Assembly: GCA_963813705.1 (NCBI GenBank)
Contig: CAWFAH010000009.1
Coordinates: 9,085-73,084 of the forward strand
DNA length: 64,000 bases
Direction of reading: 5' to 3'
From: an uncultured Chloroflexia bacterium
Lineage (GTDB): Bacteria > Chloroflexota > Limnocylindria > Limnocylindrales > CSP1-4
Translations under genes and position numbers: made by a program
The notes under the pieces: model-generated
Databases searched by the model: none
What the model saw: the letters and a program-made list of their open reading frames with translations, nothing else
Told to the model about the DNA's origin: nothing
Shown: one piece after another, positions 37,648 through 48,692 of the stretch
Numbering within the stretch: the first letter of the stretch is position 1
Layout of the letters: every line of letters starts with the position of its first letter

Positions 37648-39672
37648 GTGGAGTTGGCCGTCGGCGTCGCCGCGGAAGTGAAGAGCAAGCTGAGCGTGGT
37701 GGACGTCGTCCAGGACACCGTTCAGCTGAAGAAGTCGGGCAGCACCTACAAGGGCCTCTGCCCGTTCCACGGTGAGAAGACGCCGTCGTTCTACGTCACC
37801 CCGGCCCGCGAGAGCTGGAAGTGTTTCGGCTGCGGGCTCGGCGGCGACATCTTCAGCTTCGTCATGCAGCGCGACAACGTGTCGTTCCCCGACGCGCTCA
37901 AGGTCCTTGCCGCCCGGGCGGGGGTCGAGCTCGACGAGCGGACGAGCCGCAACGACGCCCGGCGCAAGCGCCTGACCGAGGTCCTCGACGGGGCGATCGG
38001 CTTCTACCACACCGTGCTGACCAACCATCCGTCGGGGCAGCCGGCGCTCGACTACCTGCGCGGCCGCGGCTTCAGCGACGCCACGATCGAGGCGTTCCAG
38101 CTCGGCTGGGCGCCCGGCGGCTGGGAGACCACGAGCAAGCAGCTCATGACGAAGCGTGGGGCGACCGCCGAGGAGCTCGCCATCGTCGGGCTGACCACCC
38201 CGCGCGGCACGGGCCGGGGCGGGGCGTACGACCGCTTCCGCGAGCGGATCATCTTCCCGATCCGCGACGCGACCGGGAACGCGATCGGGCTCGGTGGCCG
38301 CTACCTCGTCGCCGAGGGCGACACCCGCGACCACGGCCCGAAGTACCTCAACTCGCCCGGCACGCCGCTGTTCGACAAGAGCCGGACCCTGTACCTCATC
38401 GACAAGGCGAAGGGCGCGATCCGCAAGTCGGGCCAGGCGGTCATCGTCGAGGGCTACACCGACGCGCTGATGGCCCACCAGGCCGGCTTCGACAACGTCG
38501 TCGCCAGCCTCGGGACCGCGCTCACGCCGGGCCAGGTGGCGCTCGTCACCCGCTACGCGAAGAAGGTCGCCCTCGCCTACGACGTCGACCCGGCGGGGCA
38601 GTCGGCCGGCTCGTTCGGGGTGACCGAGCTGAACAACCTCATCTCCGAGGTCCAGGTCGCCGGCCGGTCCGGTGACGCCTCGGTCGGGCTGACCGACGTC
38701 GGTGTCGTCCGGCTGCCCGAGGGCAAGGATCCCGACGAGGTCATCCGCGAGTCGCCCGACACCTGGCGCGAGGCGGTCCGGACGCCCGACCCGATCCTCG
38801 CCTACCTCATCGACTACCACGCCTCGCGGGTCGACGTCCGCACGCCGGAGGGACGCAAGCGGCTCGTGGACGCGGTCCTGCCGACGCTGCGCAGGGTCGG
38901 CGACCCGACGATCCGCGACACCTACCTCCAGCTCCTCGCCCGCCGCTCGACGGTGAGCGAGCAGACGCTCCTCGAGGCGCTCCATCGACGGCCGGATGCC
39001 GGTCGCGTGGTCGGCGCGCCGGGTGGCGGCGGGGCGGCCGTCGGCGGTGAGCATGCCGGGGCCCGGATCACGCTCGATGCGGTGCGCGCGGCAGCCGAGT
39101 CGGTCAGCCCGGAGCAGGTGGTCGAGTCGATCACCCCGGTCGAGATCGAGCTGCTCCGGCTGCTGCTCCTGCTGCCCGACCAGCAGGCACGGGTCGAGGA
39201 CGTGCTCCGGCCCGAGGAGCTGCCCTCGACCGTGGCCCGGGAGCTGTACGCGGCGATCCTCGCGGACCGGCGACGGGGAGCGGAGGCCGCCGGCGACCCC
39301 GACGGCCCGGGCCGCTTCGAGCGCGGTCGCTTCCTCGAGGCGCTCGACCCGGAAACCCGCGCCCTGGCGCTCGGGTTGTATGCGCTCGACCGTCCAGATC
39401 CACGGAACCTGCCGTCACAGCGGGTCATCTACAACGTCGACAAGTGCCTGCTCACCCTCGAGGCCGAGCGCCTCGAGGAGCGCAGCGACTGGAACCAGGC
39501 GGAGCAGGCCGAGGCCGAGCTCCGCGCCGATGTGGAGGCGATGGCTCGGCTCCTCGCCGAAGAAGCACAGATCAACGAGGCGCGCCGGTCGCTCGATCGA
39601 CGGATCGAGCAGACGCGTCTCCTCACCCGACCCACCACGACCCCCGCGCCCGCGACGGCCGGCCGAGCATGA
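37648..39672 (+). CDS. dnaG: DNA primase
   Basis: Zinc finger CPFHGEKTPSFYVTPARESWKCFGCGLGGD. TOPRIM block VIVEGYTDALMAHQAG. Confidence 0.95.
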   Translation: MELAVGVAAEVKSKLSVVDVVQDTVQLKKSGSTYKGLCPFHGEKTPSFYVTPARESWKCFGCGLGGDIFSFVMQRDNVSFPDALKVLAARAGVELDERTSRNDARRKRLTEVLDGAIGFYHTVLTNHPSGQPALDYLRGRGFSDATIEAFQLGWAPGGWETTSKQLMTKRGATAEELAIVGLTTPRGTGRGGAYDRFRERIIFPIRDATGNAIGLGGRYLVAEGDTRDHGPKYLNSPGTPLFDKSRTLYLIDKAKGAIRKSGQAVIVEGYTDALMAHQAGFDNVVASLGTALTPGQVALVTRYAKKVALAYDVDPAGQSAGSFGVTELNNLISEVQVAGRSGDASVGLTDVGVVRLPEGKDPDEVIRESPDTWREAVRTPDPILAYLIDYHASRVDVRTPEGRKRLVDAVLPTLRRVGDPTIRDTYLQLLARRSTVSEQTLLEALHRRPDAGRVVGAPGGGGAAVGGEHAGARITLDAVRAAAESVSPEQVVESITPVEIELLRLLLLLPDQQARVEDVLRPEELPSTVARELYAAILADRRRGAEAAGDPDGPGRFERGRFLEALDPETRALALGLYALDRPDPRNLPSQRVIYNVDKCLLTLEAERLEERSDWNQAEQAEAELRADVEAMARLLAEEAQINEARRSLDRRIEQTRLLTRPTTTPAPATAGRA

Positions 39673-39693
39673 CCCACGGAGGGCACTGAACCG

Positions 39694-41448
<1,755 letters not shown>

Positions 41449-41714
41449 GCGCTCGGCCGGGCCGGCCGGCGGTCCTCCGCCGCTCCACGGACGGTGCGTC
41501 GATCCGGCTCCAGCAGCGTGTTCCTGCCGGATCCCAGATGCCCGTCGCGAGCGAGCTTCGACGGCGGCTGGCCGCCGCACTGGTCCGCGAATCGATCGGC
41601 ACGGGGCGGTGGGACACGCCGCTGCCGATCGTCGGCGCGCCCATCGTCTCGTCGCCGGGGGCGTAGTCGGGCCGGACGCTCACCGCGAACCCTGCCAACT
41701 GTGGTGTCACCGGT

Positions 41715-41732
41715 GATGCGAGTCGCCGCATC
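41715..41732. repeat. GATGC...GCATC hairpin element, inverted-orientation copy
   Basis: GATGCGAGTCGCCGCATC. An 11-nt stretch (GTCGCCGCATC) is complementary to copy 1 at 41786. Confidence 0.5.
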
Positions 41733-41785
41733 GCTCGATAGCTCGGGCCTCGAGCGGCGTCGCGTCGCCCGCCACGAGCCCGGGT

Positions 41786-41807
41786 GATGCGGCGACAGGC
41801 ATAACGG
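41786..41807 (+). repeat. GATGC...GCATC hairpin element, copy 1
   Basis: GATGCGGCGACAGGCATAACGG, followed by the palindrome ACGGGGG-A-CCCCCGT. Confidence 0.6.
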
Positions 41808-41915
41808 GGGACCCCCGTCTTCCCCGAGAGCGTGTCGTGTGGAGAGCTGGGCGCGTGGAGACGTGGAGAGCGGGCGGCCGGGACGCGGGGCCCGGTGGGT
41901 GGGGCGAGCGGGGGC

Positions 41916-42583
41916 CTATCCCGTCAGGCCCGCGGAGCGCTGGAGGACCAGCTTGGCCAGGGCGATCAGCTGGTCCTTCGCCTGGTCGCTCTTCGGGATC
42001 CCGATGTCGAAGACGAGCCTGCCCTTCCAGATCGCGATGCCCGCGTAGCCGTCGGGGATATCGGTGCGGAGCTTCGCCCCGTCGGCGTCGGGGAACGCGG
42101 CCTTCCCGGCGCCCTCGAAGTCGAGCATCGGCGCTGACGTCGAGATGAACGTGGCCTCGGAGTCGGCCTTGGTGTCGGCCAGGAAGGCATCGAACTCGAC
42201 GCCGCCGGTGCCGGCGGACTTCCCCGCATACACGCAGTAGACATTGCTGTTGTCTGCGTTGTTCTCGGTTGGGCTACCGGTTCCGCTGATGCCCTGGGCG
42301 GCGAAGTCGCCAGGCCCGAGGAGGCCGCACAGGTCGTTGCCGGCGGCGACCGATCCGCCGGTGGCTCCCCCTCCCGCAGCGCCACTCCCCGGCCGCACCA
42401 CCGGCCGCGCCACCACCGGCCGACGGGGTCTGGGCGGCCGACCCGCTTGACGGCAGTGGCTCCGCTCGTCCCGCCTGTGTCGGTCGCCCCACCGGGGCTC
42501 GCAGCCGGGCCACTCGCGGCGCTGCATGCCGCGACCACCAGGACCACGAGCGGGATCAACGCCGCTGCCGATCGGACTCTCAT
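41916..42583 (-). pseudogene. Lipoprotein whose signal peptide and mature domain lie in different frames
   Basis: Signal and lipobox (LVVLVVAACSA) lie in the frame of ORF 41966-42583. The mature domain (NDLCGLLGPGDFAAQG...VYCVYAGKSAGTGGVEFDAF...) lies in the frame ending at 41916. One or two junctions fall in the Gly/Ala-rich linker near 42400-42450. Confidence 0.6.
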
Positions 42584-42768
42584 CGCTGCCCTCCCTCAAG
42601 GACCAGCCCAGAACGTCGTGACCGAACCAGTCCCGGCGTTCGCCCACTGAGCGATCCCGGAAGGGCGAGGTCGCCCGCCGGGCGTGGACGATCGTAGACG
42701 CGAGCCGTCTCTGAGGCAACGTCGCTCCGCTGGGCCTCGCCTGCGGCCGGAGCGCCCGCTGCCCGTTT

Positions 42769-42794
42769 GATGCGGCGACACGCATCACGGACGG
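42769..42794 (+). repeat. GATGC...GCATC hairpin element, copy 2
   Basis: GATGCGGCGACACGCATCACGGACGG, followed by the hairpin GGTGGC-N8-GCCACC. It lies about 140 nt upstream of the VOC start. Confidence 0.65.
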
Positions 42795-42933
42795 AGGGGT
42801 GGCACGGACGCGCCACCAGCGACCATTCGACGGGCACTCCTGGCGGCCGCCAGCGCCCCATCGTGGGACAATGCCCGTTCGTGTCGTGGTCGTGCGGAGG
42901 GCACCCGCGACGGCACCGCCAAGGAGGCGAGAC

Positions 42934-43716
42934 ATGGCACGAGCAATGACTGCGATCGCCAACAAGCCCGCCTGGGTCGACCTTTCGAGCGCGGATCGCG
43001 GCCGGGCTCCCGCGACTTCTACGCGAAGCTCTTCGGCTGGAAGGTCGAGGTGTCGACCCGATCCGCAGTACGGCGGCTACGCGATGGCCAAGATCGGCGA
43101 CCGGGACGTCGCCGGGATCGGGCCGACCCAGTCGCCCGAGGCGCCGACGGCCTGGATCGCTCTACATCGGCACCGCCCGACGCCGACGACCTCGCGAAGC
43201 AGGTCAAGGCGGCCGGCGGCACGGTGGTCGCCCCGCCGTTCGACGTCGGCGACCAGGGTCGGATGGCCGTGTTCCAGGACCCGACCGGGGCGTTCATCTC
43301 GGCCTGGCAGCCGGGCGCGATGGCCGACTTCCTGTCCGGCGCCGCCGAACACGTTCGGCTGGGCGGAGCTCAGCTCGCGCGGCGTCGACAAGGCGATCCC
43401 GTTCTACCACGAGGTCTTCGGCTGGACCGTCCGGGTCAGCGACATGGGCGACGCCAACGCGCCGTACAACGAGTTCCAGCTCGACGGCGATAGCGTCGCC
43501 GGCGGCATGGAGATGAGCCCGATGGTCCCGGCCCAGGTCCCGAGCTACTGGACGGTCTACTTCAACGTCGACGACGTCGACGCGACCTACCAGAAGGCGA
43601 TCGCCGCAGGGGCGCACGAGATGGTCGCCCCGCAGGAGTTCCCGGGTGGCCGGTTCGCGATCGTCAGCGATCCGCAGGGCGCGAGCTTCGGGCTGCTCAA
43701 GCTCGCGCAGCGGTGA
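42934..43716 (+). pseudogene. VOC/glyoxalase-fold protein broken by at least five frameshifts
   Basis: AAGGAGG RBS and ATG at 42934. The family-like segments are KPAWVDLSSAD, RDFYAKLFGWKVEVS, DPQYGGYAMAKIGDRDVAGIGP, LYIGTA, DADDLAKQVKAAGGTVVAPPFDVGDQGRMAVFQDPTGAFISAWQ and PNTFGWAELSS...GRFAIVSDPQGASFGLL. They alternate among all three frames. Confidence 0.8.
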
Positions 43717-43727
43717 TCTGACCCGGC

Positions 43728-43753
43728 GATGCGGCGACAGGCATCACGGACGG
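43728..43753 (+). repeat. GATGC...GCATC hairpin element, copy 3
   Basis: GATGCGGCGACAGGCATCACGGACGG matches copy 2 at 25 of 26 positions. It starts 12 nt after the VOC stop and is followed by about 10-bp tandem GGGGCAGGCC-like units. Confidence 0.65.
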
Positions 43754-43817
43754 GGCAGGCCGGGGCAGGCCAGAGGCAGGCCGGGCGCAGGCTAGGTGCG
43801 GGCCCGGCCGCCCGGCG

Positions 43818-44771
43818 CTATCGGATCGGTCGTCGGGCCTCGGCGAGCGTGCCCGGCTCGGGACCCGTAGAGACCGGCTCGCCGGCGCGCGACCAGTCGC
43901 TGTACGAGCCGACGTAGAGGATCGGGTCGGGCAGCCCGGCGACGCGCATCGCCAGGGAGACGTGGGCGGCCGACACGCCGCTCCCGCACGAGGTCACGAC
44001 CGGTCCGTCGGCGTTCGCGGCGCCCGCCGCGATCGCGGTCGCGCGCAGCCCCTCGAAGCGAGCCCGCAGCGCCCCGGGCGCGAGAAGCCGGCCGTTCGGC
44101 TCGATGAGGCTCCCGTCCGTCGGGGCGTTGACGGCGGTCGGGATGTGGCCCGGGTAGTCGTCGATCGGCTCGACCTCGCCGCGGTAGCGCGGCGCGCCGC
44201 GCGCATCGAGCAGCACGACCTCACCGAGACGGTCGCTGAGGCTGGCGCGATCGATGACCTTCGACCAACGACCCGCCAGTTCGAGGGCCACCGGCGTCGC
44301 TGGCCGGGCCGGGACCGCAACGGACAGCGGCTGACCGCCGGCGACCCACGCCTGGATCCCGCCGTCGAGGACCGCCTCGCCACCCCGATGCCCGAGGTCG
44401 TCGAGCATCCACCACAGTCGCGCCGCGACCCAGCCCCCGACGTCGTCGTACGCGACCACCAAGTCGTCCGAGCCGATCCCGGCGCCGGCCAGGGTCGCGC
44501 CGAACTCGGCCGGGGAGGGGAGCGGATGCCGCCCGGGACGATCGGGCGCCGGCGTCTGGGCGAGATCGCCGTCGAGGTCGAGGAAGATCGCCCCGGGGAT
44601 GTGGCCGCCCTCGTACGCCAGCCGGCCGGCACCCGGCTGTCCGAGCACCCAGCGGACGTCGACCACGCGGACGTGCGGATCGTCGAGGCGGGCCGCCAGC
44701 GCCTCGGCTGTGATGAGCGGGCTTCGGTCGGTCGGCGGCGTGACCGGGGGAACGTGCTCGTCTTCGCTCAT
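43818..44771 (-). CDS. Rhodanese-domain sulfurtransferase (thiosulfate/3-mercaptopyruvate type, two rhodanese domains)
   Basis: Active-site loop VTSCGSGVSAAH. HIPGA motifs in both halves. Confidence 0.85.
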   Translation of the reverse strand: MSEDEHVPPVTPPTDRSPLITAEALAARLDDPHVRVVDVRWVLGQPGAGRLAYEGGHIPGAIFLDLDGDLAQTPAPDRPGRHPLPSPAEFGATLAGAGIGSDDLVVAYDDVGGWVAARLWWMLDDLGHRGGEAVLDGGIQAWVAGGQPLSVAVPARPATPVALELAGRWSKVIDRASLSDRLGEVVLLDARGAPRYRGEVEPIDDYPGHIPTAVNAPTDGSLIEPNGRLLAPGALRARFEGLRATAIAAGAANADGPVVTSCGSGVSAAHVSLAMRVAGLPDPILYVGSYSDWSRAGEPVSTGPEPGTLAEARRPIR

Positions 44772-44871
44772 GCGCCGAGTATGCCCGAGCCTCGTGCTAT
44801 CCTCGCGGGCGGCGCGGCGCCGACTCGACCCGACTCGGCCCGTCCCGCGACCGCCGTCGGCGGTCCTTCGC

Positions 44872-44946
44872 TCCGGCGTAGCTCAGTGGTAGAGCGGGCG
44901 GCTGTTAACCGCTTGGTCGTAGGTTCGAATCCTACCGCCGGAGCCA
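44872..44946 (+). tRNA. tRNA-Asn (anticodon GTT), CCA encoded
   Basis: Hand-folded cloverleaf. Acceptor TCCGGCG/CGCCGGA, D stem GCTC/GAGC, anticodon stem GGCGG/CCGCT with loop CTGTTAA, T stem GTAGG/CCTAC with loop TTCGAAT, then G-CCA. Confidence 0.95.
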
Positions 44947-44949
44947 CTT

Positions 44950-44994
44950 CTTGTCGTTGACTTCCTAAGTATCATGTAGGATGTGAACGACAAG
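44950..44994. promoter_or_regulatory. Inverted repeat and promoter-like AT-richer patch between the tRNA and AbiEi
   Basis: CTTGTCGTT (44950-44958) and AACGACAAG (44986-44994) are perfect 9-bp inverted arms. They flank TTGACT...TAGGAT hexamers. Confidence 0.5.
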
Positions 44995-45592
44995 CATCGC
45001 CACCCAGCCCGATCACGAGGCGCTGTTCGAGACGGCCAGTGCGCAGGCCGGCTACTTCACGGCTGCCCAGGCGCTCCGCCACGGCTTCAGCTCGGTCCTG
45101 CTCACCCATCACACGAAGACGGGCCGCTTCCTGCGCGTCACCCGCGGCCTGTACCGCCTGCGTGACTATCCCTCGGCGCCGGACGAGGAGATCGTCGCCG
45201 CCTGGCTGCGCCAGGCGCCCGACGCCGTCGTCTCCCACGAGTCGGCCCTCGAGCTCCTCGGCCTGTCCGATGTGATCGCCGACGGGGTCCACCTGACGGT
45301 CTCCCGGGAGCGGCGGCGGCTGGTGCCGCAGCCGGGCGTGCGGATCCATACCACGACGCACCCGCTGGCCGAGGCCGATGTCATCAGCCGCCACGGCGTT
45401 CGGCTCACGGCGCCGGCGCGGACGATCGCCGACGTCACGGCGGCGGGCATGGCGCCCGACCAGGTCTCGGCAGCCGTCAGCCAGGCGCTGCGGCGAGGGC
45501 TCACGACGCCGGCGCTTCTCCGCGAGGCGGCTCGCTCTCGCGGTCATCGGGTCCAGCGGCTGGTCGAGGCCGCGCTCGCCGGAGTCCGGCTC
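44987..45592 (+). CDS. AbiEi-family type IV antitoxin (start codon unresolved; no stop before the toxin ATG)
   Basis: My translation is EALFETASAQAGYFTAAQALRHGFS...TRGLYRLRDYP...VVSHESALELLGLSD...GVRLTAPARTIADV, which is AbiEi_4-like. The frame opens right after ATG-TGA (44981-44986). There is no canonical start until GTG 45272. Confidence 0.65.
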
Positions 45593-46480
45593 ATGAGGTA
45601 CGCCTCCGCGGGCGCCTTCCGTCGGGCCCTCGAGATGCGTCTTGCCACCCACGCACGCGACACCGGCCGCTCGATGGTCCGCAAGCGCAAGGAGGTCGCC
45701 TTCGATCGGCTGCTCGCTCGCCTGTTCGTGGTGGCCCCGGAGCGGTGGGTCCTGAAGGGCGCCCTGGCGCTCGACTACCGCTTCAGCGACCGAGCCCGGA
45801 CGACGAAGGACATCGACCTCGCCACCGCTGGCGACGAGGCCTCGGCGACGGCCGACGTGCTTGCGGCGCAGGCACTCGACGTCGGCGACTTCTTCAACTT
45901 CGCCATCGAGCGCACGAGCGCCCGCGACCGCCTGGCGGAGGGCGCCGCGGTGCGGTATCACGTCCGTGCCGAGCTTGCCGGTCGGGTGTTCGACGAGTTC
46001 CTGCTCGATGTCGGCTTCGACCCACCCACCGGGATCGAGCTCGACCGGCTGCGAGGGCCCGACCTCCTGGCCTTCGCCGAGATCGCGCCGGTCGAGGTCC
46101 CAGCCATCCCGATCGAGTTCCACATGGCCGAGAAGCTCCATGCCTACAGTCGCGTCTATGGGGTAGGTTCTGTCGGGAGCACCCGCGTCAAGGACCTCAT
46201 CGACCTTGCCCTGATCGCGTCCGAGGCGCGCTTGGACGCGCGGAAGCTCCGAACGGCCCTCGAGACCACTTTCGGTCGACGTGCGAGCCACGGTCTACCC
46301 GCGAGGCTGCCTCGACCACCCACCGACTGGCGCGTTCCGTACGGCCGGATGGGGCGCACGGTCGGCCTCGATGCGGACCTTGATGTCGGGTTCGACTTGG
46401 CCGCGCGACTGCTCGATCCGGTTCTCGGAGGCGCCGTCCAGCGTGGCGTTTGGGATCCTGTCAGTCAGACCTGGACCTGA
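45593..46480 (+). CDS. AbiEii/AbiGii (DUF1814) nucleotidyltransferase toxin
   Basis: LKGALALDYRFSDRARTTKDIDLA nucleotidyltransferase motif. About 295 aa, the typical size. The ATG sits in an ATGA context. Confidence 0.8.
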   Translation: MRYASAGAFRRALEMRLATHARDTGRSMVRKRKEVAFDRLLARLFVVAPERWVLKGALALDYRFSDRARTTKDIDLATAGDEASATADVLAAQALDVGDFFNFAIERTSARDRLAEGAAVRYHVRAELAGRVFDEFLLDVGFDPPTGIELDRLRGPDLLAFAEIAPVEVPAIPIEFHMAEKLHAYSRVYGVGSVGSTRVKDLIDLALIASEARLDARKLRTALETTFGRRASHGLPARLPRPPTDWRVPYGRMGRTVGLDADLDVGFDLAARLLDPVLGGAVQRGVWDPVSQTWT

Positions 46481-46812
46481 TCCAGCAGCTGATCTACGCG
46501 GGACGAGCTTCAGGATGGCTCGTCGTTCCGGGCCTCAAGCCTAGGTGACTCCACAGGGGCGTTCCTTGGCGGCATGGGAGCAGTCAAGATCGGCCGGCGG
46601 TGTCCACTAGCAGCGTAGAGTCACTGAACCAATCGCGCGCTGCAACGTCTGAGGGACCCCGATGAAGAGGATCGTCCAGGAATACGTACCGCTCGGGGAT
46701 CGGGGATGCCGGGTCCCGTCTGGCCGGGAATGGTGACGGCCCTTCGGGTCGGTAACCCGACAGGCATGCCGGGCATCGCGCCGCGCCGAGCGGTCAGCGA
46801 CGAAGGCCGGGC

Positions 46813-47625
46813 ATGACGCCGAGACTCAAGGCCGCAGACGGCCTCGCCGTCGGCGCCCTCCTGCTCGCCGCCATCGCCGCGGCCGTGGGCCTCGTGGCGA
46901 CGGGCCTCTACCGTGACACGGCCGAGATGGTCCGCGAGGCGCAAGCCGCTGATCTCGTGACGCTGGCCTTCGCGGTGCCGGCCCTCGGACTCGGTTTGTG
47001 GCGGGCCAGAGCGGGGTCGGCGAGGGGGCGCCTAATCGCGATCGGTGCCCTGGGCTACCTGTCGTACTCCTACGCGATCTACGCGTTCTCGGTCGTCATC
47101 AACCCGCTGACGCCGGTCCATATCGCGATCCTCGGACTCGCGACCTGGTCGTTCGTGCTCGCCGTCTTTGGGCTCGACCAGCCGACGGTCGACGGCGCAA
47201 CCGAGATCCGGCTGCCACGCCACGCGGCCGGCGGCTTCCTCATCGTGGTGGTCGTCCTGTTCGCCCTGACCTGGCTCGGCCAGATCATGACCGCGATCAC
47301 GACCGGCACCTTGCCCGTGTCCGTCAGTGATCTGAACCTACCGACAAACGCGGTCTACGCGCTCGACCTTGCCTTCGCGCTTCCGCTGCTCGCCGTCGCC
47401 GGCGCCTGGCTGATCCGGCGCGACCGAAGAGGCCCGGCGGCCGCCCTGGCAGCGCTCGGCTTCACCGTGCTGATGGGGTTGTCGGTCCTCGCGATCTTCG
47501 CCGTGGATGCCGCGGCGGGCGTCACCATCGAGCCCGTGCCGGTCGTGATCTTCGGGGTGGTCACCGGGATAGCCGCCGTGCTCGCGGGCGTGGCGTTGTT
47601 CTCGTCGCCTCGCCAGAGCGCCTGA
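46813..47625 (+). CDS. Hypothetical polytopic membrane protein
   Basis: About 7 hydrophobic helices. No family recognised. Confidence 0.55.
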   Translation: MTPRLKAADGLAVGALLLAAIAAAVGLVATGLYRDTAEMVREAQAADLVTLAFAVPALGLGLWRARAGSARGRLIAIGALGYLSYSYAIYAFSVVINPLTPVHIAILGLATWSFVLAVFGLDQPTVDGATEIRLPRHAAGGFLIVVVVLFALTWLGQIMTAITTGTLPVSVSDLNLPTNAVYALDLAFALPLLAVAGAWLIRRDRRGPAAALAALGFTVLMGLSVLAIFAVDAAAGVTIEPVPVVIFGVVTGIAAVLAGVALFSSPRQSA

Positions 47626-48001
47626 TGATCCAGACCATCGCGGCCGTCCTGCTCGCCATCCACGGAATCATCCATCTCATCGGCTTCGTCACGCCGTGGC
47701 GGATCGCCACGCTCCAGGGCTTCACCTATAAGACGACGGCCCTCAACGGCGCCCTGGAGGTCGGCGACTCCGGCGCCCGGCTGATCGGCACCTGGTCTGG
47801 CTCGCTCTTGCGATCGGCTTCGTGGCAGCCGGCTACGGTGTCTGGCGGGGCGAGCCGTGGGCGCTCGCGCTGACCGGCGTTCTGGCCGCCGTCTCGCTGG
47901 TTATCTGCGTGCTGGGGCTGCCCGAGGCCTTCGCCGGTATCGCCATCAACGTCGTGATCCTCGTCGGCGTTGCCTACGTTGCATTCATCCGGCCGACTTG
48001 A
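47625..48001 (+). pseudogene. Small membrane protein with one apparent frameshift
   Basis: Start overlaps the upstream stop (TGATGA). After ...GARLIG, hydrophobic sequence (LVWLALAIGFVAAGYGVWRGEPWALALTGVLAAVSLVICVL...AFIRPT) continues in another frame to TGA 47999-48001. The junction is near 47790-47800. Confidence 0.5.
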
Positions 48002-48044
48002 TCGGTTGTCGATCGACTCGCTCCAAGCGAGTCCACTCATCTCG

Positions 48045-48281
48045 ATGACGAAGGCTGAGACCGGGCCGCCAGGTCGAGTCCTCGCCGCCTACGTCGCAGC
48101 CGGAGGTTCCGGCGCGGAGGCGGCCACGCGCGTCGGCGTCCGGCCAAGCACTGCGAAACGCCACCTCGCCGACCTGCGGGCGCGGTCGGGCCCGACCACG
48201 GAGCAGCTGATCTACCGAGGGCGGGCCGAGGGGTGGCTGGTCGTGCCAAACCTAGACACCTATCGGCGAGCGGGCGGCTGA
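48045..48281 (+). CDS. Stand-alone LuxR/GerE-type HTH protein
   Basis: 78 aa. AATRVGVRPSTAKRHLADLRARSG resembles a GerE helix-turn-helix. Confidence 0.5.
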   Translation: MTKAETGPPGRVLAAYVAAGGSGAEAATRVGVRPSTAKRHLADLRARSGPTTEQLIYRGRAEGWLVVPNLDTYRRAGG

Positions 48282-48304
48282 GTCCGCCCGGGACGCCTCA
48301 CCGC

Positions 48305-48622
48305 TCACGCAGAGGAGGGCGATCGAGCACGGTCAGGATCGACGATGACCAGAAGCGACAACAAGAACGGGATGAAGGTGATAGTCACCAGCACGGTGGT
48401 TCGTCGGACAAGACGCGGGTGGTCGCGACCGACTCGAGCCCTGAACTCGCGGCGTCGCATCGGAAGGCTTCCGTAGTCCGTCGCGCCGCGGCGGACCGCC
48501 GCGACGGCCATGGAGGCAATCGTCATGCAGTTCACGACGATCCCCAGCCAGACGCCTGCATCGATCCAGCGGGTGACGGCCAGGTAGTAGACGACGAGGG
48601 CGCCGAGGACGCCGCTGACCAA
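48305..48622 (-). CDS. Small membrane protein (N-terminus probably extends to about 48678 via a frameshift)
   Basis: TM helices are present. The frame stays open upstream (TADDARAIVREHNLLTGYRFVIVEYV) without a start codon. An ATG at 48676-48678 lies in a neighbouring frame. Confidence 0.45.
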   Translation of the reverse strand: MVSGVLGALVVYYLAVTRWIDAGVWLGIVVNCMTIASMAVAAVRRGATDYGSLPMRRREFRARVGRDHPRLVRRTTVLVTITFIPFLLSLLVIVDPDRARSPSSA

Positions 48623-48692
48623 GACGTACTCGACGATGACGAACCGGTAGCCAGTCAGGAGGTTGTGCTCGCGGACGATCGCCCGGGCATCG

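Noticed and set aside
41537-41665. A 42-aa ORF (MPVASELRRRLAAALVRESIGTGRWDTPLPIVGAPIVSSPGA) in the 466-nt gap after rpoD.
   Set aside because: No RBS and no recognisable family. It is the tail of a long shadow ORF over rpoD. It cannot be told apart from chance in GC-rich DNA.
41786-43753. The hairpin repeats as integron attC sites.
   Set aside because: No integron integrase is present. I could not find the R-prime/R-double-prime core sites (GTTRRRY / RYYYAAC). The bracketed genes lie in opposite orientations, unlike cassette arrays.
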